Source of the DNA: a virus
Lineage: Duplodnaviria > Caudoviricetes
IMG/VR virus record: IMGVR_UViG_3300030372_004077
Span: 1 to 40,658 of that record
Direction: 5' to 3' (one strand)
DNA: 40,658 nucleotides
Within the stretch, counting starts at the first letter, position 1. Each line of letters starts with the position of its first letter. Shown piece after piece: positions 1-10,678 of the stretch. Under the pieces are notes generated by a model. The model was not told where the DNA came from. It saw only the letters and a program-made list of their open reading frames with translations, and searched no databases. A program made the position numbers and the translations under genes.

Positions 1-194
1 TTATAGGCTCTTAGGTCTTTAACCTTCATTGCTAAACCAAGGGCATTCGAGTAAGCCGCTTCTTTTGATGCATCTTGACCAGCAAAAGGTGTTCCTGAAT
101 TAGCTGAAATCCCTTTTGCTATAGCGCGAGCATCAGAGGAAATAAACGTCAATACAGATAACAAAGACTCGGAGATAGCCCCAAAGAATCCTCC
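1..194. repeat. Terminal direct repeat, copy 1 (circular overlap with 40465-40658)
   Basis: Bases 1-194 match 40465-40658 at 188/194 positions; the reading frame of the giant gene continues across the junction. Confidence 0.97.
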
Positions 195-3100
195 CCCGTC
201 TTCAGGGTCAGTGGCCTCGGTAAGTCTTTTTGTTATTCTTTCCTCTTCTGGTGTTGGCTCCCCCGCCTCTTGCCCTGTACTATACAGAAGGTCTCCTGCC
301 ATTTGCTGCTGAAGAGCCCCGACTCCAAAAGCTATAAGGTCTCCTGGCGACGGAGAGCCTTCTTGATAGGCCCTTTTAGCTTTTTTAATAGTAGAGTCTG
401 ACTGCCCTCCCATAAATAAAGGGTCTAGCTTTATTTCAGCTTGACCAAGAGAGTACAGCGACTCTTCCCTTGGGGGATTGTCTCCCCTTTTAAGGGCTTT
501 TCTTTCCGATTGGGTAGACCTTGTAGCCGTTATCATTGGCAGGCCAAGCGTAGCGTCAAAGTCTTCGTCAGTATCAAACACCTCAGACTCATAGACAGTG
601 CCTAGCTTTAAAGCAGACTTAGTGGCTTCTGTGGTGGCTGTAAGAAGGGTGCCATCTACCATTGCTCTAAATGGATTTTTTTGGAAATAACTCCCAAACG
701 CTTTAGTAGACCAAACCAAATGACCAGCAAAAGGAAAACCAAGTAACGGCATATCCCTTAGCTTTTGAAATATCGGAGGAATATCTGGGTGATCAAAGAA
801 AACTTTTCTACCCAGACTTGCCGCTTCGTTCTTATTAACCCCCTTATGCTTTGCAACTTCATAAGCATAAGCAAGCCTTAGAGTTGCATCAATCCCCCCG
901 TACACAGCAACAGCCTCATCAGAAATATTTGACAAAAAATCTTTTGTTTCGCCAAGTAACTGCTCACCTAGTGGCTGTATTTTTAGCTGGGCGCTAGATC
1001 TCTCTTGGCCTGGAAGCCTGCTTGTATTAATCGATGCACCGTATCTTTGAGCCGATGGTCTATCAGGGTCAAGGACAGATACAAGAGGCTCTGTCACCGC
1101 TTTCCTTTCTCCAGTAATCTTATCTAAAGCAACTCCCATTGGAGCAGCGCTTTCGTCTCCAGATAAAATAGAAGCCATGTAATCAGCCTGAGCATCAGCC
1201 AAAGTTTGCCCAGACCTCCCAGACCTACGCATTTCGAGGTCTCTAACTCCCCGCCCTGGCCCACCAAGAAGCTCCGAAAGCTCTAGAAGCAGTGGGTCTG
1301 AAGGAGTTTCTCCTCTTTTTATGGCTCTATTTGCCTCGAGCGCTAGCTTAAAGTACCGCATTGTTGCTGGTATTTTAGCCATTCTAGCTTGAACAAGAAC
1401 CCCTGAAGTAAAGTTTCTAGCCATCGTTCCATTTAAGAAAGAAATAACAGCAAGTCTTTTTAGTTGCCTGTTTGCTTTGGTTAAAAACCCTCCCACATTT
1501 AATTCACCTGGAAGGCTTTTTTCAAACACAGCGTCAAGAATGTTTTTTTGATGAATCAGACCATCAGCAACACTTCTTTCAATAAACAGATCGGGGACAT
1601 CGTCTATCAAACCAGGGTACTCTTTTGAAAGACGAGTCATGCTCTCAAAGCGTGGGCTAGATGTTGATATTCCTGGAGTTGCGGCTATCTCATCTTTAGA
1701 TAAGATCAACCCATTTTCCCTCAAAGAGTTAAGAAGCCTATAGTGCTCTACTCTTTTAAATAAATCTGAATGCGCTTTTTGTGAAGACTCAGAATATAAA
1801 GAAAAGAAGTCTTTTACCATATCAAAGCCAAGTCCAAACTCTCGCTCTTTATTTAACCACAACCTCTCTTTAAAGAACCTTCCAGAGCCTTTTGCTGATG
1901 GGGCGGGGATTGCCCCCTCCTCAACCTTTCTTAAGAGCGCTCTTGCTATGTCAATGGGAGCCATCCCATCCCGCTTAACTTTATTGACAACATTATCAGG
2001 AAAAGAAGCAATAACCATCGTTGCACTCATGTTGTCTTGTTGCAGCATTTGGTCAAAAGTAAGCTCACCCTTTTCTAATTTCTTAAACACTGAGTACATG
2101 TGGTCTAAGATAGCAGTCTCTGAAAAGTAAGCGCTCATGTACCCTGCTGTTTTATCTACAGCGTCGAACCCCTCAAGCTCCAAATCTCTTTTTCCAACAA
2201 CAGTGGACTTTTGGGACTGAGCCGAGTCTGCTTCTACTGAAGCAATAATCCCTTTGTTTCCTTTTGACTGGTAATCTTCGTTTATTCTTTGAGCATACGA
2301 AGCGGCTTTTTCTGCAGCGTCATCTCCCTTAAACTTCTTAACAATTTTTATTGAGCCGTCTCCAGTCCTGACAGCAACAACATTTTTTATTTTCGTTGTT
2401 TCTACAGACATTCTGTAGGCTTTTACTCCAGCCGCCAAGTTTGCGCCTAAAGACATAATCTCACTTTGAATTGGCCTAACGTATGTATTTAAAACACCTA
2501 AGAGGGTTTTTTCCGCGTCACCAATAACCCCGTCTATGTCTTTTTTAAAGTTAAACCTTATATCAGTAACGCCTTTTACTTCCCCATCAACAACCATAAA
2601 AACATTTTTTGCAGAACCAAACTCATCTTTTTTGTCTTGAATTAATTTCTTGAGATTTGAGTTCATTTCTATTCTGTTTCGCTTTTCTTGCGTAAGGGCG
2701 GCTGTTTTTGCCTCATTAGGACCTAGTCTACCAGTCCCCAACCCACCTGTGTATGCTGACCCATCTGGCAAGGTTCTAGACGGAGACAGCCCAGACCGCT
2801 CAAGAACTTGCGCTGCAGCCTCTTTGGCAACGGCCTGCCTTGCTGAAGGGCCAGTCATGTCGTCTAGCTCTTTGTTTATCTCATTAATTCTTTTTGTGTT
2901 TTCTTTAATTGTTAATGTGTAGCCAGCTATTGTGTCGGTGGCCTCTCTTGCGTTTACAAATTTTCCATCAGGAGTTTTGTATTCAATATCAAATATTTCA
3001 TTGATGTATACTCTAGACTTGCCTGTAGAAGAGCCGTCCGGCAAATCAACGTATGCGCCCTCCCCAGCAAATAATGCAGTTGCGACTGCCTCTTTAAATC

Positions 3101-6100
3101 TTCCAGACAGAGTTCCTCTTGGAGAGATTCTGATTACCGATTCGCCAGAAGAGTGCTGATCAAGGCCAACCTCTTGAAGAGACTTGTCTATGTCGAGCTT
3201 TGCTGCAACAGAGTCCTCATCAACACCTAGCTTACGAGCTAAAGCCCTAAGCTTAAACTCAAGTATCTCTGCCTTGCCTTGTCCTCTAATTACCTCCGCG
3301 TAAAGGTCTTCACCCAAAATAGAGGAAGGAGACATAAAGTTCTGAAAGACTCTACCAAACGATTTAGAAAAAGAGTTACTGTTTGTAGAGTTCATGTACA
3401 TGTAACGAACAAAGTCGCCCATCCAAGAAGGAAAATTAGTGAAGGCAAAGGGCTCTTTCATGAATTCAAGTGTTGCAAGCATTGAAGCTTCTAGCAAAGG
3501 TAGCATGGCCTTTGCAGCAGACTTGCCTTTAACCTGGTTTAACCTGTTCGAGATTATGTTTGCCGGCCTTCTTCCTAGCGCGACTCGAGTTAAACCGTAG
3601 GGAATGTCAGACGCAAACTTACCGGCAGTCATGCCCTCTGTAGATGCATCGACAGTTCCCTCATAAGGCATATCCTCCCCTCGTGTCTTTACTCTAATGT
3701 ACGGCATTTCAGGGCGAGACTTTCCTTTTGCGGCATACTGTTTTGACTGGGCGTCATCTAATCCCAACAAGGCGTACATGTTTACATCTTTCACTCCATT
3801 CGCAGCCATGTCTTCAGCGACGCTTAGCTTGTTTACCTCAGACTTAACTTTATCAACGGAAACGCCTCGGACCTCTGCTACTTTCTGTATTTCTTGATTG
3901 TATGCTTTTTTAAGAAAGCCAAGTTTAGATCTTTCCGCTTGTAAAACAAAAGAAGATATACTGTTTGGTCCGTCAACAGGAAGCTCTGGCATAAGGGCTC
4001 GATAAACCCTTGGGTCAACAATTCCATCTTCGGCGAGCGACCTAGCAAAGGAATGTCTTTGGTGTACCTCTCCTAAATGGTCAGCTTTAAACTTTTTTAA
4101 ATTAACTCTTATTGAACTAGATGTTGTCATGCCTGGGTCTGTGTAATAGCCAAGGTCAATTGCAATATCTCTAATTAAAGAGTCTAGTTTTCTCTGCCCA
4201 GGGGGCTTATATTTCTTGTTTGCTGCTTTTTTCTCTTTTATCTTTATCTGTTCAGCGTTTAATTCAGCTTTGATCGAATCAACTCTTTTGCTTCTGGCTG
4301 TCACTTGAGCTTGAGCTTTCTCAAATGGCTTGGATGTTGTTTTTTGAGCCACTTTATCAAGTGTTGGAGTAATAGACTCCATGATTGAAAATGTTCTATC
4401 TCCAGCCTCAGCCTCTTTTTGCTTCTCAAGCAAGATATCATCCACAACCCTTCCTGCAGCTTCATAAGCCTGGGCTGTCTGCTCGAGAGATCGACGGGAG
4501 GTGTCATCGAGCCCAACCTCTTGAGATTTTTTTCTTGCTTCTTTTGCTGCATTTTTAAGTGCTGTTGGGGTATCAACAACCGGAAAAGCTTCATCTGCCG
4601 TTACCTTTACTACAGCAGTCTTTTCAGGGATAGACTTTTCCCTTACAACTCCAGTCTCTAAAGCATCGTACTCTCCCCCAACTATCTTCCCAACCTCAGA
4701 AACTTTTTGCTTAGGAGTCATAGTTGGGTCGTTAACTGTTTGCTTTATTGATGGTGCTGATTTAGCTAAAGATATCGCGCCTTTTACAATAGGAGAAACA
4801 GCCGCTCTAGTTCCGCGTAATACGCCAGGAATAAAAATTGACATAACTCCGGGCATGTCTTCCCAGATTTTTTCAACCTCTTCGTCTGTTATCCCAAGAC
4901 CCTCTAGGCCTTCCGCACTTATTGCGTCAAAACTAAAAGCACCATCAACCTCAGCAAAAGGAAGCATAGAAGGGCCAAGGTATTTCTTTGCTCCAAGCAA
5001 AGCCATAAGAGCCATCTTGCCTGTTTCTTCAGGCCCCATCATTTTTAAGAAGCCCCTAGTAAACTCCTTAAGAACTGTATTGTATCTGTATGGACTTATT
5101 TGAGCAGCGTTAATGACATTGGCCGCCGTCTCAGGATTTTTCTGTGCTACTTCTCCAAGGACACCTTTTTTTATTTCTTCCTTTAATCTCTCTTTGTTAA
5201 CAGAATCAACAAACTTTGGCAGGTTGTCGTGGTATCTAAAAAACCTTTCTATGGTTGTGCTTGGCAAAGCAGAAGCGCTAACACCCTGCCTTTTCATTCG
5301 GTCAGAAAATTCTTTGGTCTGTGCCCTCCCTGACTCCCTTAGGGCCTGCTCTATTGCCCAGCCGCCAGGAGGAGGCTTGACAGGGCTATACCCCTCTAAA
5401 AACTCCCCATAAACGCTGTCTAAACCATCGACATATGAGTACAAAGCGAAGTCTTTTAAGAAAGAGTACACTTGCTCTACAGATGGCATTTTGCTGTCGA
5501 CTATCCGTTCCATCGACACAATTTGATCTTTGTTTAATAAAGCTCTTCCTACCGCAAACTTTCTTGCTCTGAGTATCTCTTTATGTCTTTTTTTAATGTG
5601 ATTTAACAGACCCTTTTGCCAAGGCACTCTGACGCTGTCTTGAGACATATACAGTATGTCACTTGATGTCATCTTTATGGAGTCTTCAATTCCGGGGATG
5701 TCTTTGTTGGGGTCAGGTTGAGGCTGATACGACCTTGCTGCAATTCTCTCTGCAGGCTTAACCCTTGAAGCATTAACCTCTCTGTTAAGAATTCCGGTAT
5801 CGTTTTCCGTGGCTGACTGCAAATAAGAAAGATTGTCATGTGGCTCACCAGGGTTTCTTGGCTTTCCTGCAAATGCCGCAACAGCAAGAGATACTGGAGT
5901 TAGTATGGTATTAAGGAGCAGCGTCCCCATCTGAGCATAAGTTCTTGCGGTTCTATCTCTAATGCCCTCGCCTGTTATAAGGACGTCTTCTGCCGTAACG
6001 TCATCAAAGTCATCCTTAATCATTTCGTAGTTTTTCTGTACTTTTGTGATTAAAGAGTTTGGGGCGTTTGCTTCAAACAAGTTTTTAATTACTCTGTTAA

Positions 6101-6875
6101 TTGCAAACTCAGCGTAATCCTCTCGGTCTGTTAGAGGTTTAACCCCTGGGGGTGTCAGTAAGTCACTATCAATAGTTGCTCTGTAGTCTCTAGACCCCTC
6201 TGGAGCTTTTATTTTTTCAGCCAGCTTGTCATAGACTCTTCGTCCAGCGAGTTCTGAAGTAGCATCAATGAAAACAGTGGCCACTATGTTTTCAGCTAGA
6301 TTGTTTTCATCAAGCTCTTTGTCTTTGTCATTTACATCAGAAGATGAATGCTTTAGAGAAAACTCTTCGTACATTGCGTTGACCCCGGCATACGGAGTAA
6401 ACAAAACGAGCCCTTGCTGCACTGTTGGGTTTTCATCTGCAGAGTACACCATTGGTGGAGCAAATTGGACATCCGGGCTGTCTTTTCTAAACCTTAATTG
6501 TGGAAACACCTCTCCAAAAACAGGGAAATCATAAGGCTCAGTTACTCTTTTAAATCGGTCTTCTTGGGCCTTAATTTGTTCTGGGGATACTTGAAGGCTG
6601 GGGTCATTAAAAACAGAATATTCTTCTTCTGGCTTTTGAGGCGGCAGCTCAATACTGCCCATAAGGTCTTGTTCAGTTGACTCATCAACATCGACTCTTT
6701 TGTCTTGGTCGTCGCTTTCAAGAGCATAAAGATAAGAATCAATTCCTTCAGGCGTGAGTGAATCTTTTTTTTGCTCAGGTTTTGCAGCTACTAAATCTTC
6801 GGGCTTGGGAAGCTCTTCTTCCTCGACACCTAAAGAGGAGTCATCAAAAACGCTATAGTCATCGCCCATTACCAT
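1..6875 (-). CDS. Giant internal virion/DNA-ejection protein, N-terminal ~2291 codons; continues across the circular junction to 40113 (total ~2408 aa)
   Basis: ATG at 6875 (or 6869), just after the upstream stop at 6878. Both ends read by eye have no stop, and the ORF track reports no closed ORF in this frame, implying it runs off the edge. It joins ...DLRAY/KQNF... of the 40113-40628 ORF. The segment LRLAYAYE...EAASLGRKVFFDHPDIPPIFQKLRDMPLLGFPF resembles C-terminal regions of large phage ejection/polyvalent proteins; position after the tail genes fits. Confidence 0.85.
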   Translation of the reverse strand, partial: MVMGDDYSVFDDSSLGVEEEELPKPEDLVAAKPEQKKDSLTPEGIDSYLYALESDDQDKRVDVDESTEQDLMGSIELPPQKPEEEYSVFNDPSLQVSPEQIKAQEDRFKRVTEPYDFPVFGEVFPQLRFRKDSPDVQFAPPMVYSADENPTVQQGLVLFTPYAGVNAMYEEFSLKHSSSDVNDKDKELDENNLAENIVATVFIDATSELAGRRVYDKLAEKIKAPEGSRDYRATIDSDLLTPPGVKPLTDREDYAEFAINRVIKNLFEANAPNSLITKVQKNYEMIKDDFDDVTAEDVLITGEGIRDRTARTYAQMGTLLLNTILTPVSLAVAAFAGKPRNPGEPHDNLSYLQSATENDTGILNREVNASRVKPAERIAARSYQPQPDPNKDIPGIEDSIKMTSSDILYMSQDSVRVPWQKGLLNHIKKRHKEILRARKFAVGRALLNKDQIVSMERIVDSKMPSVEQVYSFLKDFALYSYVDGLDSVYGEFLEGYSPVKPPPGGWAIEQALRESGRAQTKEFSDRMKRQGVSASALPSTTIERFFRYHDNLPKFVDSVNKERLKEEIKKGVLGEVAQKNPETAANVINAAQISPYRYNTVLKEFTRGFLKMMGPEETGKMALMALLGAKKYLGPSMLPFAEVDGAFSFDAISAEGLEGLGITDEEVEKIWEDMPGVMSIFIPGVLRGTRAAVSPIVKGAISLAKSAPSIKQTVNDPTMTPKQKVSEVGKIVGGEYDALETGVVREKSIPEKTAVVKVTADEAFPVVDTPTALKNAAKEARKKSQEVGLDDTSRRSLEQTAQAYEAAGRVVDDILLEKQKEAEAGDRTFSIMESITPTLDKVAQKTTSKPFEKAQAQVTARSKRVDSIKAELNAEQIKIKEKKAANKKYKPPGQRKLDSLIRDIAIDLGYYTDPGMTTSSSIRVNLKKFKADHLGEVHQRHSFARSLAEDGIVDPRVYRALMPELPVDGPNSISSFVLQAERSKLGFLKKAYNQEIQKVAEVRGVSVDKVKSEVNKLSVAEDMAANGVKDVNMYALLGLDDAQSKQYAAKGKSRPEMPYIRVKTRGEDMPYEGTVDASTEGMTAGKFASDIPYGLTRVALGRRPANIISNRLNQVKGKSAAKAMLPLLEASMLATLEFMKEPFAFTNFPSWMGDFVRYMYMNSTNSNSFSKSFGRVFQNFMSPSSILGEDLYAEVIRGQGKAEILEFKLRALARKLGVDEDSVAAKLDIDKSLQEVGLDQHSSGESVIRISPRGTLSGRFKEAVATALFAGEGAYVDLPDGSSTGKSRVYINEIFDIEYKTPDGKFVNAREATDTIAGYTLTIKENTKRINEINKELDDMTGPSARQAVAKEAAAQVLERSGLSPSRTLPDGSAYTGGLGTGRLGPNEAKTAALTQEKRNRIEMNSNLKKLIQDKKDEFGSAKNVFMVVDGEVKGVTDIRFNFKKDIDGVIGDAEKTLLGVLNTYVRPIQSEIMSLGANLAAGVKAYRMSVETTKIKNVVAVRTGDGSIKIVKKFKGDDAAEKAASYAQRINEDYQSKGNKGIIASVEADSAQSQKSTVVGKRDLELEGFDAVDKTAGYMSAYFSETAILDHMYSVFKKLEKGELTFDQMLQQDNMSATMVIASFPDNVVNKVKRDGMAPIDIARALLRKVEEGAIPAPSAKGSGRFFKERLWLNKEREFGLGFDMVKDFFSLYSESSQKAHSDLFKRVEHYRLLNSLRENGLILSKDEIAATPGISTSSPRFESMTRLSKEYPGLIDDVPDLFIERSVADGLIHQKNILDAVFEKSLPGELNVGGFLTKANRQLKRLAVISFLNGTMARNFTSGVLVQARMAKIPATMRYFKLALEANRAIKRGETPSDPLLLELSELLGGPGRGVRDLEMRRSGRSGQTLADAQADYMASILSGDESAAPMGVALDKITGERKAVTEPLVSVLDPDRPSAQRYGASINTSRLPGQERSSAQLKIQPLGEQLLGETKDFLSNISDEAVAVYGGIDATLRLAYAYEVAKHKGVNKNEAASLGRKVFFDHPDIPPIFQKLRDMPLLGFPFAGHLVWSTKAFGSYFQKNPFRAMVDGTLLTATTEATKSALKLGTVYESEVFDTDEDFDATLGLPMITATRSTQSERKALKRGDNPPREESLYSLGQAEIKLDPLFMGGQSDSTIKKAKRAYQEGSPSPGDLIAFGVGALQQQMAGDLLYSTGQEAGEPTPEEERITKRLTEATDPEDGGGFFGAISESLLSVLTFISSDARAIAKGISANSGTPFAGQDASKEAAYSNALGLAMKVKDLRAY

Positions 6876-6877
6876 TA

Positions 6878-8734
6878 TTAATTTCCTATTTTTATAATGC
6901 CTACATCTACTAGCGCATCCTTGACAACCTTTGCGTTAGTGTCATCACGAACTCTTAATGAGTCTCGGTTAGCTATTGCCTGAACTATATCTTGCATTTT
7001 TTCTTTGGGCACATTTTCACCTTCAATCTGACTGTTTAATTCCTTTAGCAACCCCGGTTTTTTCATCAGAGTGCTGGTTTTAAGATCTTCTTCATGAGGA
7101 GCAAGGTTGGGGTACTTGTCATTAAAGGTTTCTTTTGGATCTAACAAGAATTCTTTTTTAATTTGTCCGTCTAAATCTAAGAATGAAGCTAAATTATCAG
7201 CGGCACCTCTGCTGGGTTTTTTGTTTTCGCTTTTTTGGCCTTCGTCCATGTATGTATCATACGCATCCGCAGCATCTTTTGTTAACCGGCCCTCCCCTTT
7301 ATACATAGCTAGTGGGTTAAGAATTCTTTTAGCATCTGTTGATCCAGCCACAAGAATGTCACTGACAGTGTCAGAGCTTGGGGCAACCCCTACTCCACCG
7401 TAGTTTTCTGCTGTTGACCTGCCAACAAGAACATCTCCGTTTTCGTCTACAACTACTGGACCTGTGCTGCTTTTGTTTCCTTGAGATTTGACAACAATTG
7501 CATTTTTTTCTGCCTCTGCTTTTTTAAGAGCTTTTGCAATTTTATTGTATCTTTTAGTCCCAGGGGATTCTGCCGCAAGAGATTTTCTTAGTCTGTTTAC
7601 AACGATCTGAGCCTTCTCTGCTGCCGACTGAAAGCTATAAGTGCTAGGCATTTTAATGTTAGTACCGCCTCTTTTTCTGGTGTCTGCTTGGCCAACCTTG
7701 CTTCCTCCTGGGGAGTCAACCTTTTCTTTAGCATTTAGAATTTGACTTTCTGTAGGCAGAGCAGCGAGAGCGTTAAGGTACAAATCAATTTCATCTATAT
7801 CATTAGATGCAGCCATTGAGTTTAGCATGTTGTCTTGAGATTTGCGTAAGTCATCAACTCCGCTAATGCCAATATACTCAAAAGACTTTGTTACCGTGGT
7901 TTTTAGCATGTCCTGAAGCTTGTCCAGCTTTTTTCTGCCGGTCTTCATTTGCTCGCCAAATTCTTTTTCTGCAATTGCTTGGCTTCTGCTTAAAGCTTCC
8001 TGGTAGTCTTTTTGCCTTAGCTCTGTTGCTTGTTGAACCTCTGCGGTTGACGCAAAAGACCCAGGCGCAATGTAAACAGGTGGAGGTATATTTGGCGCAG
8101 GAGCTATGGTAGGACGGGTAAGCTGTGATTTTCTTTCACTGGCAACATACCTAGCAGACTGCTCTTGATTGAGAACCCTGTACGGAATTCCATCAATAAG
8201 GACTATTCCTTGTCGTCGCAATTTATCATCCAATTCATCTGGAGTGCCTTCGTGCTGGGACAAATCCATGTCCACCCTGACTCCTATTCTTCCGTCTCCA
8301 AAAGACCGAGTACGTAAAGCGTCCGAACCCTTACGGGTTTCAGGCGGTTGTTCTTTTCGTGGTTTTTTTTCTTGCTCTAATTTTAAAGGTCTCTGGGCCG
8401 ACCTGGCTTGCTGCGATGGTGGAGTTTTTGCCCTTTGTCGAGCTTCCATGGCTTTGTCGTAGACATCTCTGTGATACTTTTTAAAGAAGGGGTCTCGGGC
8501 GTCTGGAAACTGTAGCGCCTCATCGGCCATTTGCTTTCGCTGACCCCCCAACAAATAGTAATCTGCGGCACCTAATCCCATTTCAACCCCACCTTTGACA
8601 AGCTGCTGGGGTACAGTTTGAGATAAAGATCTTAAAAAAATGCGGCCAGGGTCATTTTCCAGTTGAAGCCTTCGCTCCTGTAGCCTTTGCTGTTGTTGAC
8701 CTAAAACAAACTCAGGATTAAATAAACGAGCCAT
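6878..8734 (-). CDS. Putative internal virion/ejection protein (618 aa)
   Basis: Long ORF, K/Q-rich and helical-looking, between the tail genes and the giant protein as in podovirus ejection clusters; function from synteny only. Confidence 0.6.
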   Translation of the reverse strand: MARLFNPEFVLGQQQQRLQERRLQLENDPGRIFLRSLSQTVPQQLVKGGVEMGLGAADYYLLGGQRKQMADEALQFPDARDPFFKKYHRDVYDKAMEARQRAKTPPSQQARSAQRPLKLEQEKKPRKEQPPETRKGSDALRTRSFGDGRIGVRVDMDLSQHEGTPDELDDKLRRQGIVLIDGIPYRVLNQEQSARYVASERKSQLTRPTIAPAPNIPPPVYIAPGSFASTAEVQQATELRQKDYQEALSRSQAIAEKEFGEQMKTGRKKLDKLQDMLKTTVTKSFEYIGISGVDDLRKSQDNMLNSMAASNDIDEIDLYLNALAALPTESQILNAKEKVDSPGGSKVGQADTRKRGGTNIKMPSTYSFQSAAEKAQIVVNRLRKSLAAESPGTKRYNKIAKALKKAEAEKNAIVVKSQGNKSSTGPVVVDENGDVLVGRSTAENYGGVGVAPSSDTVSDILVAGSTDAKRILNPLAMYKGEGRLTKDAADAYDTYMDEGQKSENKKPSRGAADNLASFLDLDGQIKKEFLLDPKETFNDKYPNLAPHEEDLKTSTLMKKPGLLKELNSQIEGENVPKEKMQDIVQAIANRDSLRVRDDTNAKVVKDALVDVGIIKIGN

Positions 8735-8753
8735 AACAAATTCCTTTTTAAAA

Positions 8754-10010
8754 TTAGTACTTAATTGTTATCCCAAAATCTGCCGGGTAATCTGAACCAA
8801 GGCCAATTGCTTCGTATATTTGGTTTAACTTAAAGTTAACTATACTCTCGTCTTCCCTTTGGATGTAAGATCGTAGTAAATTCATAAAGTCAGCGTTAAT
8901 AGAAGAGTACTTCAAATAGATACTTTGCCTTGCCTCCGCATTTGTGGCCGACATGTATTCTTTTTGGAATTGATTCTCTATTGTTGTCAAGTAATCTGAA
9001 AAGCCAGCAATCTGGTTGTCTGTGGGAAGCTGATCAATTCTCAAGGCTGCGTCTGCAAACATATTTGTAGCCAAATCTATTCCTGCTTGGACATCATACA
9101 TAAAGGCAGCTTCTGCGTCTTCAGCCTCTCTAATTCTGTCCAGCAGCTCCATTTTTTTGTCTTGCTCTAATATGCTTAGGTCTGCGTACTCTCCAGCCAT
9201 AGTCTCTAAAACATCAGATATCGCTGTGTTTATCATGTTTGTGTGGGCCGGAGAACCTAACATGCCCATCATTGCCGCCTGCCTATCCAATCCAGCAAGA
9301 ACGGACTGAAGTTGCAGTGCATACTTTTCATCAAGCTGCTCCTCAACGCCTGGGTAAGGATCTTCGTAGAACTCGTACAAATCGTCTTCATAGGTAGCTG
9401 GGTCTGGAGACCCTTCTTCAGCCTCAAGGAATGGATCTTCATACTCCATCATTGCCTGCTGCTGAGCCGAGACCTCCTCTTCTGTTGGACCCTCTTCTGT
9501 CGAGCCAATATTGGCAACAGCATCCACGACTTTATCCATAAACATAGGCTGTCTCTGCATTGGCCCTTCCGCAGCCACAAGGCTTGGGTCTGGCATAGCT
9601 GGCCTTACAGGGGCAACAGAAGACATGTCAGGCAATGCTGTTAAATTAGACATTCCCATCGTTCTGTTCATGTCTGATATCTGGTTGGCATCCATACCAG
9701 AAAAAACATTATACCCTCGACCTTGGTCCATAGGCATCCCACGGCTTACAACAGGGCGTCCGGCAGGCATTCTTTGCCGCGCTACAGCAGGCGATGGCCT
9801 TGGCCCTTGTCCAGGGGCAGGAGGCGTAACAGACTGTTGAAAGCTACTGCGTTGGCGCTTTTGCATCTGAGGACCAGCAGGCATGTTCGGATTAAGGTTT
9901 AGTCCTCCGACATTCTGCAACGCAGTCCGCTGCGTACCAGGCGTACTTGCCATTTGGTTTGAATTGCTTGGCCCCTTTGGAGCTTGACCTGCTTTGTAAT
10001 CAATAGCCAT
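8754..10010 (-). CDS. Putative internal virion/ejection protein (418 aa)
   Basis: Pro/Met/Gln-rich disordered N-half and acidic helical C-half; first of three large genes after the tail genes. Confidence 0.6.
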   Translation of the reverse strand: MAIDYKAGQAPKGPSNSNQMASTPGTQRTALQNVGGLNLNPNMPAGPQMQKRQRSSFQQSVTPPAPGQGPRPSPAVARQRMPAGRPVVSRGMPMDQGRGYNVFSGMDANQISDMNRTMGMSNLTALPDMSSVAPVRPAMPDPSLVAAEGPMQRQPMFMDKVVDAVANIGSTEEGPTEEEVSAQQQAMMEYEDPFLEAEEGSPDPATYEDDLYEFYEDPYPGVEEQLDEKYALQLQSVLAGLDRQAAMMGMLGSPAHTNMINTAISDVLETMAGEYADLSILEQDKKMELLDRIREAEDAEAAFMYDVQAGIDLATNMFADAALRIDQLPTDNQIAGFSDYLTTIENQFQKEYMSATNAEARQSIYLKYSSINADFMNLLRSYIQREDESIVNFKLNQIYEAIGLGSDYPADFGITIKY

Positions 10011-10017
10011 AATTCAC

Positions 10018-10653
10018 CTACGCTACGTGGAATGCTTTCCAAGTGCAGTTAACATGTATCTGTGGGTAGTCTGGAGCGTATGTCCCTGGAGTAGCAGGCA
10101 CAAAAAACACAGCCCTAAAAAACTCATTTTGATCTAAAGCAGCATCAGTAACACTCATCGTTATCGATGCTGGGGTTATGGTTGAAGCCCCTGAGTTTAA
10201 AACAAAATTTCCAGTTGCCATATTAGCATAAGTCCCATTAACACTAGATGACTTTTGCAACTTAAGAACATAGTTGTCGGCCACAGTTCCGTTCTGCTGA
10301 TAAACAACAGCGTCAACAGAAACAAGCCTTAAGGCAGCCGGAGCTTTCTTTACGGAATCTAGTAACATAAAGTGCGCGTTTGTGCTGTTAAGATTTCCCC
10401 AGCCTGAGACATCTATGCTGCCAGTCTCTGAAGCTACCCTCAAAACATTAGTGTCAACTTGACCCGTTGTTCCAAAAACAGCAGAACCAAACCCAGTGCC
10501 AAAGCTCCAGTTAAGAATAGACTGTGGCGCTGCTAAATTATCTTTATTTATATTTCCGTTAAGAACACTAGCAATTGCGCCAAACTTATTGTTGTGTAAG
10601 GCCGCGGTATGCAGGTCACCGTCGCTATCTCCTGTAAGAGTTATAAAACCCAT
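10018..10653 (-). CDS. Putative tail appendage/receptor-binding structural protein (211 aa)
   Basis: AAGGAGG RBS upstream; N-terminal ALHNNKFGAIASVLNGNI resembles fibre-attachment helices; beta-rich C-terminus; follows the nozzle gene. Confidence 0.5.
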   Translation of the reverse strand: MGFITLTGDSDGDLHTAALHNNKFGAIASVLNGNINKDNLAAPQSILNWSFGTGFGSAVFGTTGQVDTNVLRVASETGSIDVSGWGNLNSTNAHFMLLDSVKKAPAALRLVSVDAVVYQQNGTVADNYVLKLQKSSSVNGTYANMATGNFVLNSGASTITPASITMSVTDAALDQNEFFRAVFFVPATPGTYAPDYPQIHVNCTWKAFHVA

Positions 10654-10678
10654 GACTATCCTCCTTAAAACATCCTAC

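Noticed and set aside
1948-6742. Short ORFs on both strands within 1-6875
   Set aside because: They are antisense or out-of-frame shadows of the giant minus-strand gene.
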